Shown: piece after piece, positions 24,921 through 36,355 of the stretch
How the letters are laid out: each line of letters starts with the position of its first letter
Numbering within the stretch: the stretch's first letter is position 1
NCBI GenBank assembly: GCA_001662655.1
Contig: KV460214.1
Direction: 5' to 3' (one strand)
Length of the DNA stretch: 64,000 nucleotides
Origin: Pseudogymnoascus verrucosus
Lineage: Eukaryota
Program-made: the position numbers and the translations under genes
Notes under the pieces: generated by a model
Told to the model about the DNA's origin: nothing
The model's input: only the letters and a program-made list of their open reading frames with translations
Database searches by the model: none

Positions 24921-26129
24921 TTATAAGTTCTTTGTGGGCTTGGTGACGCCATCAATGACCTCGTATACCACACCCTTTGCAGCGGACGCGACATCGAGGC
25001 GCTTCTCTGCTCCGGCCATGGGTGGGACCTGAGTCCCATCCGGGAATTTGAAGTCCGCGGGCACCTTCCCATCCTTGAGAGCTCCACCGCCGAGGACTTG
25101 GGCGAGCTGCATCAGGGGGCCGGCTAATGGCACGGAGTTTATGGCGTCTGTAGTCTCGTCGCGCTTGCTTGAACCTGGGGGTTTCAACCCGCCGCCGAGG
25201 CCACCGGTAAGCATTCCCAGTAGGCCACCTAGAACATCGGCTCGGCGCTGGAGAGCTTGAGATGGGGTTTCAAGACCGCTTGGCTTGAAGTCCTTGCTGT
25301 TCTCAATGGCGTTGGTGACCTGGTCCAGTACAGCGGCTACTGTCCCTGTGCCGTCAATGCCGCCGCGCTTCTCGGATGGGGTCTTTGTGTTATCTTGGGT
25401 CTTATAGTTCTCTGCGTAGTCCTTGCTGTTTTTCAGGGCATCGTTGAAAGGGCTGAGTAACTCCCCGACTGTCTTCGTGACGTCAATGCCGTCGTTGCGC
25501 TTGCCAACTGGCTTCTTGAGGCCACCTGGGGTAAAGTCTTTGCTATAGTCCTTCTTGAGGGCTTCGTTGACAGGGTCGAAAATTTCACCTAATGCCTTCG
25601 TGACATCAATGCTGTCGCGCTTGCCAAGTAGTTGTTTGGGGTTTACTTCGTTGCCCTGGCCGAGGACAACGTCCACGGCACTCTTCAGTGTTCCCGCGAC
25701 ATCAGGGGCCTGGCGCTTGCCGCCTGGGAGCTTTGTGAGGCCGCCGGTGAGGCTCTCGACTGTGCTGGTCAACGTGTTGGTGATATCGGCGGGCGCCTCG
25801 CGCTTGCCACCAGTTGGGAGTTTTGTGATGTCACCACCCGTGATCTGGTTCAGTGCGTCGGTCAACGTCTTCGCGACATCAGGAACCTGGCGCTTGCCGC
25901 CTGGGAGCTTTGTGAGGCCGCCGGTGAGACCTCCCAATGTGGTGGTCAATGTCTCTGCGATATCGGCACGCTTTCCACCTGGGAGCTTTGTGAGGCCGCC
26001 GGTGAGCTGACCAAGTGCGCCAGTTACTGCATCCGTAACATCGACGGGCTCGCGTTGGTCGATTTTTGGGGTGGGGGCGGCGGTGAGGAGGGGGATGAGG
26101 ATGAGAACCGTGGCGAGGTGGAAATGCAT
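24921..26129 (-). CDS. Secreted Kex2-processed repeat protein (KEP), a multi-peptide precursor
   Basis: Hydrophobic signal peptide, ten dibasic KR/RR sites spaced 26-54 aa apart, repeated LTGGLTKLPGGKR units; intronless; TATA-like element at ~26290. Confidence 0.88.
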   Translation of the reverse strand: MHFHLATVLILIPLLTAAPTPKIDQREPVDVTDAVTGALGQLTGGLTKLPGGKRADIAETLTTTLGGLTGGLTKLPGGKRQVPDVAKTLTDALNQITGGDITKLPTGGKREAPADITNTLTSTVESLTGGLTKLPGGKRQAPDVAGTLKSAVDVVLGQGNEVNPKQLLGKRDSIDVTKALGEIFDPVNEALKKDYSKDFTPGGLKKPVGKRNDGIDVTKTVGELLSPFNDALKNSKDYAENYKTQDNTKTPSEKRGGIDGTGTVAAVLDQVTNAIENSKDFKPSGLETPSQALQRRADVLGGLLGMLTGGLGGGLKPPGSSKRDETTDAINSVPLAGPLMQLAQVLGGGALKDGKVPADFKFPDGTQVPPMAGAEKRLDVASAAKGVVYEVIDGVTKPTKNL

Positions 26130-27622
26130 TTTCTAGACGCGTGTTAGAATGTTATTCGACGCGACAGGGAGGGGGATGCTTACGCTGGTAGTCGAGGGGT
26201 GTCGGTGGTAGACTCGTGGGTGTGGATTGTATCCTGTCGATTGTCGTTGTTGAACAGGAAATGAGATATGGAAGGAGAATCCGTAGTCTTATATGATTTA
26301 TTTGGAGCCCCCTTTCGCCAATATGTCTCCCGAACCTGCACCGAAGTCAAGTAACGCAGGCAATTTCCTCGCGTCAGACATGTTTTGGAGTCGGGTGACT
26401 GAGGATGGATTGCTGCAGTTGATGATAACGCGTGTGAGACGTTTGTGTGAGACGGCTTCCCAGGCATCGTTCCGAGTGAGTGGGGTGCAGGCGACCCCTT
26501 GCATCCCCAACGGGGCCGAATACATTTGTTCACTGCTCTGGAGTATAATTACAGGCGAAATACATGACTCCAAGTAAAAATAACATGTTAAGATATTTAT
26601 TTGCGGCCTTAATGTATTACGTTCAGCAGTTTGTTGCCGTGAGTCCAGTACAGAGAGCAATTGGATTTCGGCGATCTTGGGGGTATTCAGATCCTGAAAA
26701 CAGGTGCAAGAGATGAGACCGCAGTAAGGAGTAAACTAGTGGTAAAGACCTTACGTCTATGAAAAGACTTGTTTCTATGGGATTATAACGAGGCTAATGT
26801 GTTTTGGATATGGAAACTGGGTGCTAAAAGCAGCATATCACTGCAGAAAGGGGGGTAGTTATCGTCGTTCTCTATTTAAATTATACTGTGCGGTATTACA
26901 AACTTTGGGCACACAGTGATTGCATTGGCATGTGCCGAAATAATTGAATACAGCAGTTGGATCAAGATGCCCGACGAGAACTTGATCGTTTCGAATTGTG
27001 AGACTTTTGAGGCATTTGGGATGAGGCGAATGGGAAAGCCGTGTGGCCATCACGTCGTACGGTGCTTGGCCCACCCCAGAGCAAGTTTCTCAGTTGGGAA
27101 TGATCCCGGTGTGGTAGTAGAGTAACACTTCACGAATCAAGTTTAAGCGTATTACTGATCTGCAGGTACAAATTTCCAAGCCGCATTAGTCGTCATGCAG
27201 GGGATTATAACGTATGTGACCATCACTTATGGTAGATGGCTTTTTGTGACCCAAGCCGCAATTGTTAGGAGCCAATAAAAATCAGTCGGTGAGCAGTCGT
27301 AGTTAATTACCTTGGAATTATGTATATTATTTTCTCTACTGAGCATAGTTACAAGTTGGTGAAGCTTTACGCTGTGAAAATACGCCCGTGGCTCCGTTAG
27401 TTTGACTACATTTCTCATTTTTATCATCAAGGCCAGATGCATTTACAAGCTTAGAATACAACGTAATAAACATTATGTGATTTTAAAATACTGGTAACTA
27501 ATCAACAATAGATGAACTGGCCCTTATTCCTCGATTGCAACCAAATGACAAATGATGCATTCTCTGGTAGGCATGCTTGGACGTCTCCATCCTTCAACCC
27601 CGAACACAAAAAGGGCGTCTAT

Positions 27623-27826
27623 TTAAGCGGGGGTCGGAGCTGCTGGGGCTCCAGGAACAGGAATAGCAGGAATAGCCCCCAATAGCGCACCAAGTCCGGC
27701 AATAGCCGAATTTATTGGCTGGGTGAGACTGATGGTAGTATGTGGTGGGTTGCCGTTGTTTTTACCACCCAGTCCAGCAAGTGCGAGAGGCGCGAGGAGG
27801 AAGACGACTGCGACTTGGAATTTCAT
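27623..27826 (-). CDS. Small secreted peptide, 67 aa
   Basis: MKFQVAVVFLLAPLALA signal peptide, then a hydrophobic Gly/Ala helix and a Pro-rich tail. CTAAC..TAG just before the ATG suggests a 5'-UTR intron; TATAAA at ~27970-27975. Confidence 0.7.
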   Translation of the reverse strand: MKFQVAVVFLLAPLALAGLGGKNNGNPPHTTISLTQPINSAIAGLGALLGAIPAIPVPGAPAAPTPA

Positions 27827-29057
27827 GTTCTATAAAATAGTTAGACTGGATAGCTGGAAATGGGGATGGAGAGCACTTGCGTTGGTGGCGAGGGACGTTT
27901 GTGGAAGCTTTCCGGTGAATTTTTTTGGGGTTTTAGGTTCGAGGGACAGAGGGTAGAGGGTGTGTTGGGTTTATATTGAACGCTGGGGGCTGGATCGGGC
28001 GATCAGAGATTCTAATATAGCTGGCTGTCTTGGCCTCTCAACAGGTCTCAGCGAACATCCACAGTTCAAAACGGGGTTATCCAATGGGCCCTGATGACTA
28101 CAGCAGAGAAGCAACATCGTGAGACCTCCTGTCTGACGATAATTCCACCGCTGTACAACAATGCGACAATGGCCATTTTCACTACCAGCCTGCTGTGAAA
28201 AGGGGTATCGGGTATCAAGCATTTATTGATACATCGTCATACGCGACACGAGAAACGGCTGCATCAACACGACGACAAACTCGAGTATGTTATTTGACCC
28301 CATAATAATGTCTGATAGAAGAGTTGATGTTTGGCCATTGTTGGAACAAGTGTGTTTACCATGTAATTTCATTGCTCTTTTGGAGAGCTCTACCTCGCAG
28401 TAGTAAGTAATATGAGAAACATTCACCATCACAGTGCAGATGCAGAGTGTTGTGGTCTCACGTCGCGACGCAGTAATTTCCAGATTCGCGCGACGTGTCG
28501 TAAAACCGAACTTCTACCTCTCTGTCTTGGGCGCGTAGAGCATGCAGATCTCCGTTCCTTACCCCGCGATCGCGGAGCTCTTGAATCACCAGCCGTGTGT
28601 GGTAGCATCTGCTTTGATGCAGCGCGGACCGATTACATTCAGGACTCGATCTTTATGAACTGTTGTGATTAACTTTTTCATAATTTCGTTGGTCGAAACG
28701 CGTCGAGATCTCAGGAAGTGAAGCATAACACCAATCCTCAAGAGGCCAATGGCCCGGGTCAGCCGCCAGCAATTTGCAAGCTCAAACCTAGACACATTTA
28801 ACGTGAAGGTATTGGTCTGATCCGACGGGAAGAACCTTCTTCATATTGCTTAGCTCTATATGACGCGTGACATGGAAGCACAACGCGAAACTCGCGTCTG
28901 TCTCTCATATTACATTTCCTCCTGTTTCTCTGTCCCTTGCCGTTCTCCTCGCGCCCAGATTACTACAGTCCCACTTGCTTTGGCATTTCTCAGCCATTCA
29001 CTGGTGGTCCATTCTCTCCTCCACGGTTGTGCTGCCATATCACCGCTACGCAGCGCC

Positions 29058-29885
29058 TCAGAAAAACCTCCACCACAAAAACACAATGATGAACAGCACC
29101 AATCCACCTATCGGCCCGTACTGCTTCATAAGCAGCTCCCAATTAATCCTTACAGCCGCCCTCTTATACTTCTTACTATCATCCCTGAGCCTCGAGCTCA
29201 TCTCCCCCATCCTCTCCAGGCTGTCTCCTCGGTATAGCAGATCCTCGATATTCTTCGTCATCACCTTCGTCACGTCCTGCAGCTCCGAGTTCAACTTGTC
29301 CAGGTTCTGCGTCGCGCGCGTATCCGAGTACGTCGCCTTCGTGCGCTGGATGAAGGTGTCAAACTCCATGAAGGCATATGGCCGGAGCGAAGGTGCGGTG
29401 AGTTGCGCCTGTGTGTATGTTGAGCTGAACTCAGAGGAGAGGTCGGAGAGGTAGGTGAAAGCGAGCTTGCGGGGATATGAGCGCTCGCATATGGCGATGT
29501 AAACTATGCTGTTGGCGATGAGGTAACTAGGGATCGTGTATCAGCTTTGTTATTCTTTGTAATTACAGTGCCAAGGTAGGTTTCTGCTCACTGTAATGTG
29601 TAGGCCCCGCTTTCAATACTGGCTTGTGGTTCTGAGTTGCGGTTTAACCGCCTCAAGACCATCTTAACGTGTGATTTGATTTCCGTGAGGGCATTCTCAG
29701 TCTGTCGGATCTAGTCAGTACCGTTTCGCATGGTTCGGGGAGTGGTGCACAAACAGCCTCATCATCGATCGATGCGCACAGCATGAGGCCTAAAGAAACA
29801 CGTTAGCATAGGTTCGATTGCGACTTAAATTTGGAAATTGGCGGTGCCTACCATCTAACCTCGCGATCTGCGTTGACTTGATCAT
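29058..29885 (-). CDS. SEC22: R-SNARE Sec22 (longin + synaptobrevin + TM), 3 introns
   Basis: MIKSTQIARLD/GLMLCASIDDE.., YPRKLAFTYL, RPYAFMEFDTFIQ, NIEDLLYRGDSL, C-terminal TM segment. Confidence 0.96.
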
Positions 29886-30774
29886 GTCTGCGGTCGTTTG
29901 CCGTTGCTCGTATTTTATGAAATATTAAAGGGTGACGACTTAATAAAGGCGAAAGTAGCAGAGCTATAATAAAGAGCTCTTTCAAGATGTGCAATTTCAA
30001 CTCAGGAAATGCAGTGGCTTTGGTCTACTGATTGGCCTCCCCAAGCTTCAGGACAGATAATTTGGAGATAAGTCGCATGCGCCAAGTCCTACGGGCCGGC
30101 GAGCCTGGACCTGGGTGGTTATTGGCACGTGACACATATATATTCCTCACCCAACGGCTGCCTACCACGTTTACCAGAGTTAACACGGGGTAATTGGATT
30201 CCGCATAGGCGGCGTTCACTTCATTTTATGACCAGTGTTAATACCTTTGTTGACTTCACTTGAACAGCGCATCCCAATAAGCGCAGGAGTAGAAACAAGC
30301 TTCAACAGTGACAGATCCGCTGGAGGAGCATAAAGAGACTCTCCATACTACACGTACGAATAACACCGCCTCCAGATATTCTTCTCATGCTGATGTCCTC
30401 AGCATTATCTTTGAGTCTGGCGACGTTGATATTCTACACGCGCGCTTATGAGTGTCCATCCTACGCTCCTTCGCGACAAACGCACAGAGGCCCGTGCACT
30501 ATCCGAATATGACCAGGATGTCGGGGAATGTCAAAGTGAGTTCCTCAGAATCCATGCGTTTACTCTTGTGACTTCATTTCATGCATACTGTCCCTCAAAA
30601 ATAAAAAACCTCTGTCAATTTAAATTAAAGCCCTGTTTATACTACCAGAGTGTTGTTATTCTACTCCGAAGAGCCAATTATCCCGTCAACCAATGGGCTC
30701 CTGGCTGCTCCATTGATATTTCCTACCATTTCATGTGTCTGGAGATTATGGCTACGCCGTAATAGCGGTCGAAA

Positions 30775-31996
30775 ATGGAAGGAGAATCGATCAAATCCAA
30801 CATTGAGTCCGATTCAATGTCTGTTACAGGCGAAATGTATGCGTCCAATGATGGCTCGGAGATACCTCACTCCAGTCACGGGGATGAAGCTCTCGCAAAC
30901 TTAATGGACAGCATGGAACAATTCGTTGCTGAAGACAGCACTGACAATCACGATACTAACGATGTAACAACTGATCAGAACCATGAAACGCCTGGTTCAC
31001 GTCGCTCACAGCGCACCAGTGCCACTGAAGAGCCATCAGATACTGGGCCGCTCTCCGCCGAAACTTCTGCTGTTACCCCTGCAAAGCGTCCTCAAAAGAA
31101 CCAAGCAACCTCGCAGCCTGCTAAGAAGGCCAAGAATGGCAGAAAGGGCATTTGGAGCGTGGAAAATGTTCTCCAGAACCCCAAGTCTCCGTTGGTCAAT
31201 GCAAACTTAAAGGTCAGTATGGCTCATGACACCACTGGAGATGTGTGCTGACCAAACGCAACAGGGACTATTTTCAAACCCGGAAGCTTGGAATATCCTT
31301 GACAAGGAAACCAAGGCTAAACTTATTAGCATGCTGCCGGAAAATTCGCATGTTATTGATGAAGTTGATGGCGAACTCCGCATTAGTGAGAATTTCTTGA
31401 AGTTTGACCAAAACTGGGCTCACTACCTGGGTCGTGCCCAAGAGGACATCGCCGAAGGCCGCAACGATCCCGGATGGCTTGAGGAGGCCGCGGCGGCATC
31501 TGAACAGCGTGCAGAGGGAGAGTTTGACGACTGGAAAGATAACGAATACGAGATGTTCTGGGGAGTAAAGCAGAAGCTCCAAAGCAACGTTTTGACAGGG
31601 CTTTCTGGCTCCATAAAGTTCGATGACCTCGTCAGCCGTGAGCTTATCAAACCGGGTGATATATTCCTATTCCAGAGGACCATTGGCAAGGTTTTCATCG
31701 AGAAAGAAATCAAGTTTATCGAAGCCCAAGGTTCGGGAAACAAAAGAGTCCTACGATGCTCCTTACCACCAGGCGCCTCGAAGTTTTCAAAGGGCGACGA
31801 CGACATAATCACCGAAATCAACGGGCCTGAGCGCATATGCAAAGCTGCCGTAGAGGCCGATGGCCGTGTGAAGGGAAAGCTACCGAATGGCAACTCTTGG
31901 AAGACCGTCCGCGTCTTACGCAACAACCAAGATCTCGGTACTCTTTGGGATATTCGCCAGGCTCTACACTTTTCACTTCAAGGAGATGATGACTGA
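30775..31996 (+). CDS. ASX-homology (DEUBAD) domain protein with a C-terminal RAMA-like domain; start uncertain, at least 1 intron
   Basis: QNPKSPLVNANL/GLFSNPEAWNIL..LISMLP..FLKFDQNW..QEDIAEGRNDPGWLEEAAAASEQRAEGEFDDWKDNEYEMFWG fits the fungal ASXH pattern. Confidence 0.8.
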
Positions 31997-32209
31997 GAAA
32001 TAATAGAGTCCATACAGGAACATACGCAAGTACAACTAACTCTTGGTCTTTGCCAGTTGTATTGTTCTCTAGTTACTGGTCGTCACGAATGCATCACTCT
32101 ATAAACTCTTGAAGCTATTTTCAGAGGCTGTACAACACCGAACTTTTCACAGTAGCTATCATACAAACCGGAGGACCTAGGCCCACTCGATTGCCTAACT
32201 TCTGGCTTC

Positions 32210-34855
32210 TCACAATTCGTCGTGGCTCTCGTCGCCACCGGCTTTCCCGGCTTCCAGCTCCGGCATCGCCATAATCTTAACCACAAGGCTGGTCCATCCG
32301 GTGAAATGCTGGGTTCGCTGCCCGTGTCCATCTTCGGGGTTATACTGCTCCCATGCGAATCCAGTCTCCTTCCAAGACTTGTACACGTTCGAGACGAGGT
32401 TGTGGCGGAGACGGCTGTAGATGCTGCCGGCTTGCTTGGCATGAGGGGAGGATGACTGCGCGATTTTCTGTGCGAGAGTTAGAGTGGCACGGGGCGAGAA
32501 GCCGGGAGGGAGGGGTTGTGGGACGGTTTGGGGGAGGTGTGGGGTCAGGGCAAATAGAACTTACGAGTAGCTCTCGCACAGCGAGGTAGTTCATATTCAT
32601 CCAAATAGGACCTCTCCAATAATTCTCATCTGTGCCGTAAAACTCGTTTGACTTGCTCAAACTGCGGATTCCAAAATCAGTCCATAGCTCCTCTGGGTCC
32701 TCGATCAAATCAAGAATTGCGCCTAAACGCGGGCTATCTGGCTCAATCAGTCCAGTCAAGAACGGGAAGATAGAAATGTATCCCTTGTGGCACACCAAGA
32801 CGTTCTCCTCAAACTCGTCAATAGTAGCATCGCAGAACGTCTTCTCCTTCTCACTCCAGTGCAGATCATCGATGTTGCGCAAGATACCGTTAGCGTTACG
32901 CGTGAACTCGGCCACATCTTGGGTCTCGCCGAGGTAGGTGGCAATGTTCTTGAGAGACTTCGCCATCACACCCATCCAAGAGATGAGGTCGACGTGGAGC
33001 TCTCCAGGGTGGGGAGGCTGTGGACGAGGATAATCGTCAAGGCCAGAGGTGAGGACATGTTGCACAGTGCGGCCGCGCCAGCGGTAGGCCTCCTTGGAGG
33101 AGAACGCCTCTCTGTCATACGTCGCGAGGTCGCCAGATTGGGTGCGGCGGAACCAATGGTACTGTTTCTTCAACAGCGGGTAAATTGCTTGGAGATACTG
33201 GTTCGCGACTTCAGGGTTGTCGGTGTGGGCGCTGTTGAGGCCCGCCTGGCGCAGCCCGGGAGATCCCTCCACAGGGATTGCAGACTCGTTTGGCTTCGAG
33301 AGACGTTCAACGAAAGCGTCGAGAATGAAAAATAGGGTTGGGGGGTTAGCGTAATGCGGGTACTGGACTTGGAACTCGGGAGGGACCTTGCTTCGCGCCT
33401 CGTCGCCGAGGATTTGCTCGCGACCAATCCAGCCGTCACTGTCCATCAGATTGAACCAGCTCTTGACAATTTCGAGGGCGATATCCATGTCCCAGTCAGC
33501 GATAGGCAGGAGGTGGAAGCCCTCGTCCCAAAGGAATCCACGGGGGAAGAATGGTCGGGAGGGGACGCTTGTGTAGAGCTCAAATGGGCCCTCGAGCTGC
33601 TCTCTCTTCTTAGCGCGTGCTTCGGCGGCCTCCTCCCAGAAACCCTCATTCTCCTCGTCGTATTCTGGCGCGTAAGAGCGGTCGACAACTTCGTCGCCCT
33701 GGAAGTACCCAATGCCTCCGAAGAGGTTGGAGAACATGCTCTTGGCAAACTGGGCGTATTTAGGTCCGTTGTATGGTGCCTTCAAGTCAAATACATCGCC
33801 GAATTTCTCCACGAAAGACTTGCTCGCCGATTCAATCCCTTCTGTAAGATCTTCGCTGGTAACCTCCTTCGTAGCTGAGCCACTGGAGAACATGATATCG
33901 AACTCGAATGGTCCCTCGAATACTTTCTGGACCATCTGTATATTTCCAGCTCCCGGATCGTTGGGGAGTGTATAGACCTGCCATGGCGGCGGCATGGCCT
34001 CAACTGTGTATTTTTCCACATATGCTTCGATCTGGCCCTTCAACTCTTGGTAAAAGAGCGGCTTGATCTGCCATAGGTTTTCCTCTGCAGCGGCCATCGA
34101 ACGCACCATTGTCCGGTCCAGCGGCTTCTCCTTGTATGAATCGTGAGTCTCCGTTGGATGGCGACCCTCTCCTTTCGTAACGAGTAACTTGTATTCTCCA
34201 AGTCCAGCAGAGTTTCCCTTCAGCGTTACGTCGCCTTCGTATCCCAATTCGTCGCGCTTGTTCTCGACTTCCAAGCTCCCAAGCCCTTCCAATGTAGCAT
34301 AAAATACCACGGTCGTCATCAACATAGCTGGTGCGTCTTCTCGAGGCGTCCCCTTTACCCGCACTCCCCAGCTGCCGCCATGCTTTCCACCTGGAATCTT
34401 CACGAAGGAGGTTGTGATATCGATCTTGTTTCCCGCGTCATGGACGGTCTGCTGGCCGCCATTGCGAACATCATATTCATCCCAGCCATATCCCGCCATC
34501 CCTTCATTTTGCTCGCATGTATGTCTAAAATCTATACATATCACAATCAGCAATCAACCAGGGTCCATATTCTAAGCCACAGGCATTGAAGCATGCTGAC
34601 TCTGCTCCAGAACATACTGTGCTGCACATCTTGAAAGTTATCCACCTTCGCCCACATAAGCCCCGCCGAGAGACTCTTCGGTATCTTCGGTCTCACTCCA
34701 AAATATAGATTGGGTTTGTACGGGCCCCATAGCAAGCTCTCGTTTGAAGCTCGTCCAACCTCCCCAAGTAGAATTGACGGGTCATCTTGTGCGGCCACGT
34801 GCGGTGTTAAGGAAAGGCTGAGTATAGCTGCAGCCGCTAATGTTATGCGCACCAT
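32210..34855 (-). CDS. CWH41: Mannosyl-oligosaccharide glucosidase I (GH63), 2 introns, C-terminal HDEL
   Basis: SLLWGPYKPNLYFG, PSRPFFPRGFLWDEGFH, SGLDDYPR, YWRGPIWMNMNY. Last exon read manually: WEQYNPEDGHGQRTQHFTGWTSLV..ESHDEL*. Confidence 0.95.
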
Positions 34856-35163
34856 CTTGAAACACAATTATAAAGAATTGATGTTCCCCGAAAGCTGCTG
34901 TCGTCGTCTTTGGACCGCCTTGGTCGTGTTGACACGTTTGGCGAAGCCCCTCTCAGCCTTGCCCAGAGCCTCGCCGAAACGTCACCAGGGGAGCTTCCAA
35001 CAAGTAACCGTGAGCACCAATCTTCAAGGCACGTTCAAAGTATAACATTCAATTCTGTAATTCATGAAACTTGAGGTGTCAAATAATCTCATTGTAAATT
35101 CTTTGGTTATCTTGAAAAGATACGCTGCACGCTATGCATTCGAAGCATCAAATCGTCCTCTCT

Positions 35164-36084
35164 TTACGTCTCCCTGCTGGGACTGAGCGGCCTATTGAAT
35201 CCTCCAACTCTGTTCATATACTGCCTGTACTCCGTCTTCTTCTCTTTCCTGATCCCACCAATATCATTCCCCAATACTTTCTTCTGTTTTGTAGTTCCGA
35301 ATCCTCCAAAGCCCATCATTGCCTGCATGGCTGCCATTGCATCATCCTCAACCACAATATCGTCCTCCTCGCCTTCTTCAACATCCATATCGTCGGCGCC
35401 AATAAAATCGGCTGCTTTGGGCTTATTCTTGTGGCTTGCACTCGCGCTGGTAGCAGCTGCCTCCGGTTGTGCTGGGCTCTGTCCGCCGGGATCTCTTGAG
35501 CCTGCTCGGCTGTCTGGTCGGCCAACTTTGAATGCAACGGGGGGTGTAGCGTGTCGGCTCCCTTGTTTGCTTCCTTGTCGTAGTGGCATCTCTTGCTCGA
35601 CTATACGAGTCATATTGGGGTGCGCGGCATCCGCAGATGGTTCTCTTTCCCGGGAACGTTCTCCACGCGGGCTTCTGCTTCGGCGCTTCGAGTCGCCTTC
35701 TCCGTCTCTCCTTCTGTCGCGTTGACCTCGGTCACCGTCTCGAGGGCCTCGATCATCTCTGTATTGCCTCCGATCTCCATCCCTGTCCATATCCCGGGGG
35801 CCATGTCTGCCTCTGTCATCTCTGCGCGGTTCGTCTCTCCGTCCGCCGTCGCGATCTCTGCGATCATCTCGTCGTCCACCACCACGGTCATAGCGCTGGT
35901 TGTCGCGATCATGGTCACGGTCGCGTGGGCGCTCGGGTGTTCTTGATCTGTACGATCTATTTCGGTCGTTGCCACGGTCCAGGTCTTGCCTTCCACCGCG
36001 CCTGTCGCGAGGGTTCCGAGAGTCAACGGGAGGGCGATCGGAGTCGAAGTCTCGCCTTGACCGTTTATATGGTGGTTCTGCCAT
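35164..36084 (-). CDS. SNRNP27: U4/U6.U5 tri-snRNP 27 kDa protein
   Basis: RD/RS-rich N-terminus; C-terminal MMGFGGFGTTKQKKV..KKTEYRQYMNRVGGFNRPLSP. Confidence 0.93.
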   Translation of the reverse strand: MAEPPYKRSRRDFDSDRPPVDSRNPRDRRGGRQDLDRGNDRNRSYRSRTPERPRDRDHDRDNQRYDRGGGRRDDRRDRDGGRRDEPRRDDRGRHGPRDMDRDGDRRQYRDDRGPRDGDRGQRDRRRDGEGDSKRRSRSPRGERSREREPSADAAHPNMTRIVEQEMPLRQGSKQGSRHATPPVAFKVGRPDSRAGSRDPGGQSPAQPEAAATSASASHKNKPKAADFIGADDMDVEEGEEDDIVVEDDAMAAMQAMMGFGGFGTTKQKKVLGNDIGGIRKEKKTEYRQYMNRVGGFNRPLSPSRET

Positions 36085-36355
36085 ATTCGGTTCAGTTTGG
36101 AGTGTGAATGGAAGTGGTATGTTGTTTGCGGAGGTAATGATGGTCCTCTGAGAAATAACATAAGTGAGGCTGCGAGGCTGTCGCCCAGTGTCTTGGCACA
36201 AATATTCACGGTTGCACGTGACCCTAATTCACTTTATTGCACTTTAGGACCAACGTGAAATATAACTAACGATATCAAAAAAACTAGACGTAAAAAGTAG
36301 CATTTTTATTCTGCGGGCTTTGTTTCCTCTAATGCTAGTAGTTTGCCTATAAATT

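Noticed and set aside
24500..29000. Dikaritin (ustiloxin-type) RiPP gene cluster around the KEP
   Set aside because: No DUF3328/UstYa (HxxHC), tyrosinase, P450 or transporter gene is visible nearby, and the main repeats lack the aromatic cores typical of dikaritins.
32488..32550. G-run-rich tract (possible G-quadruplex) within the glucosidase intron
   Set aside because: It is the complement of a C-rich intron of the sort also seen in VPS55 and PRE5; no evidence of function.
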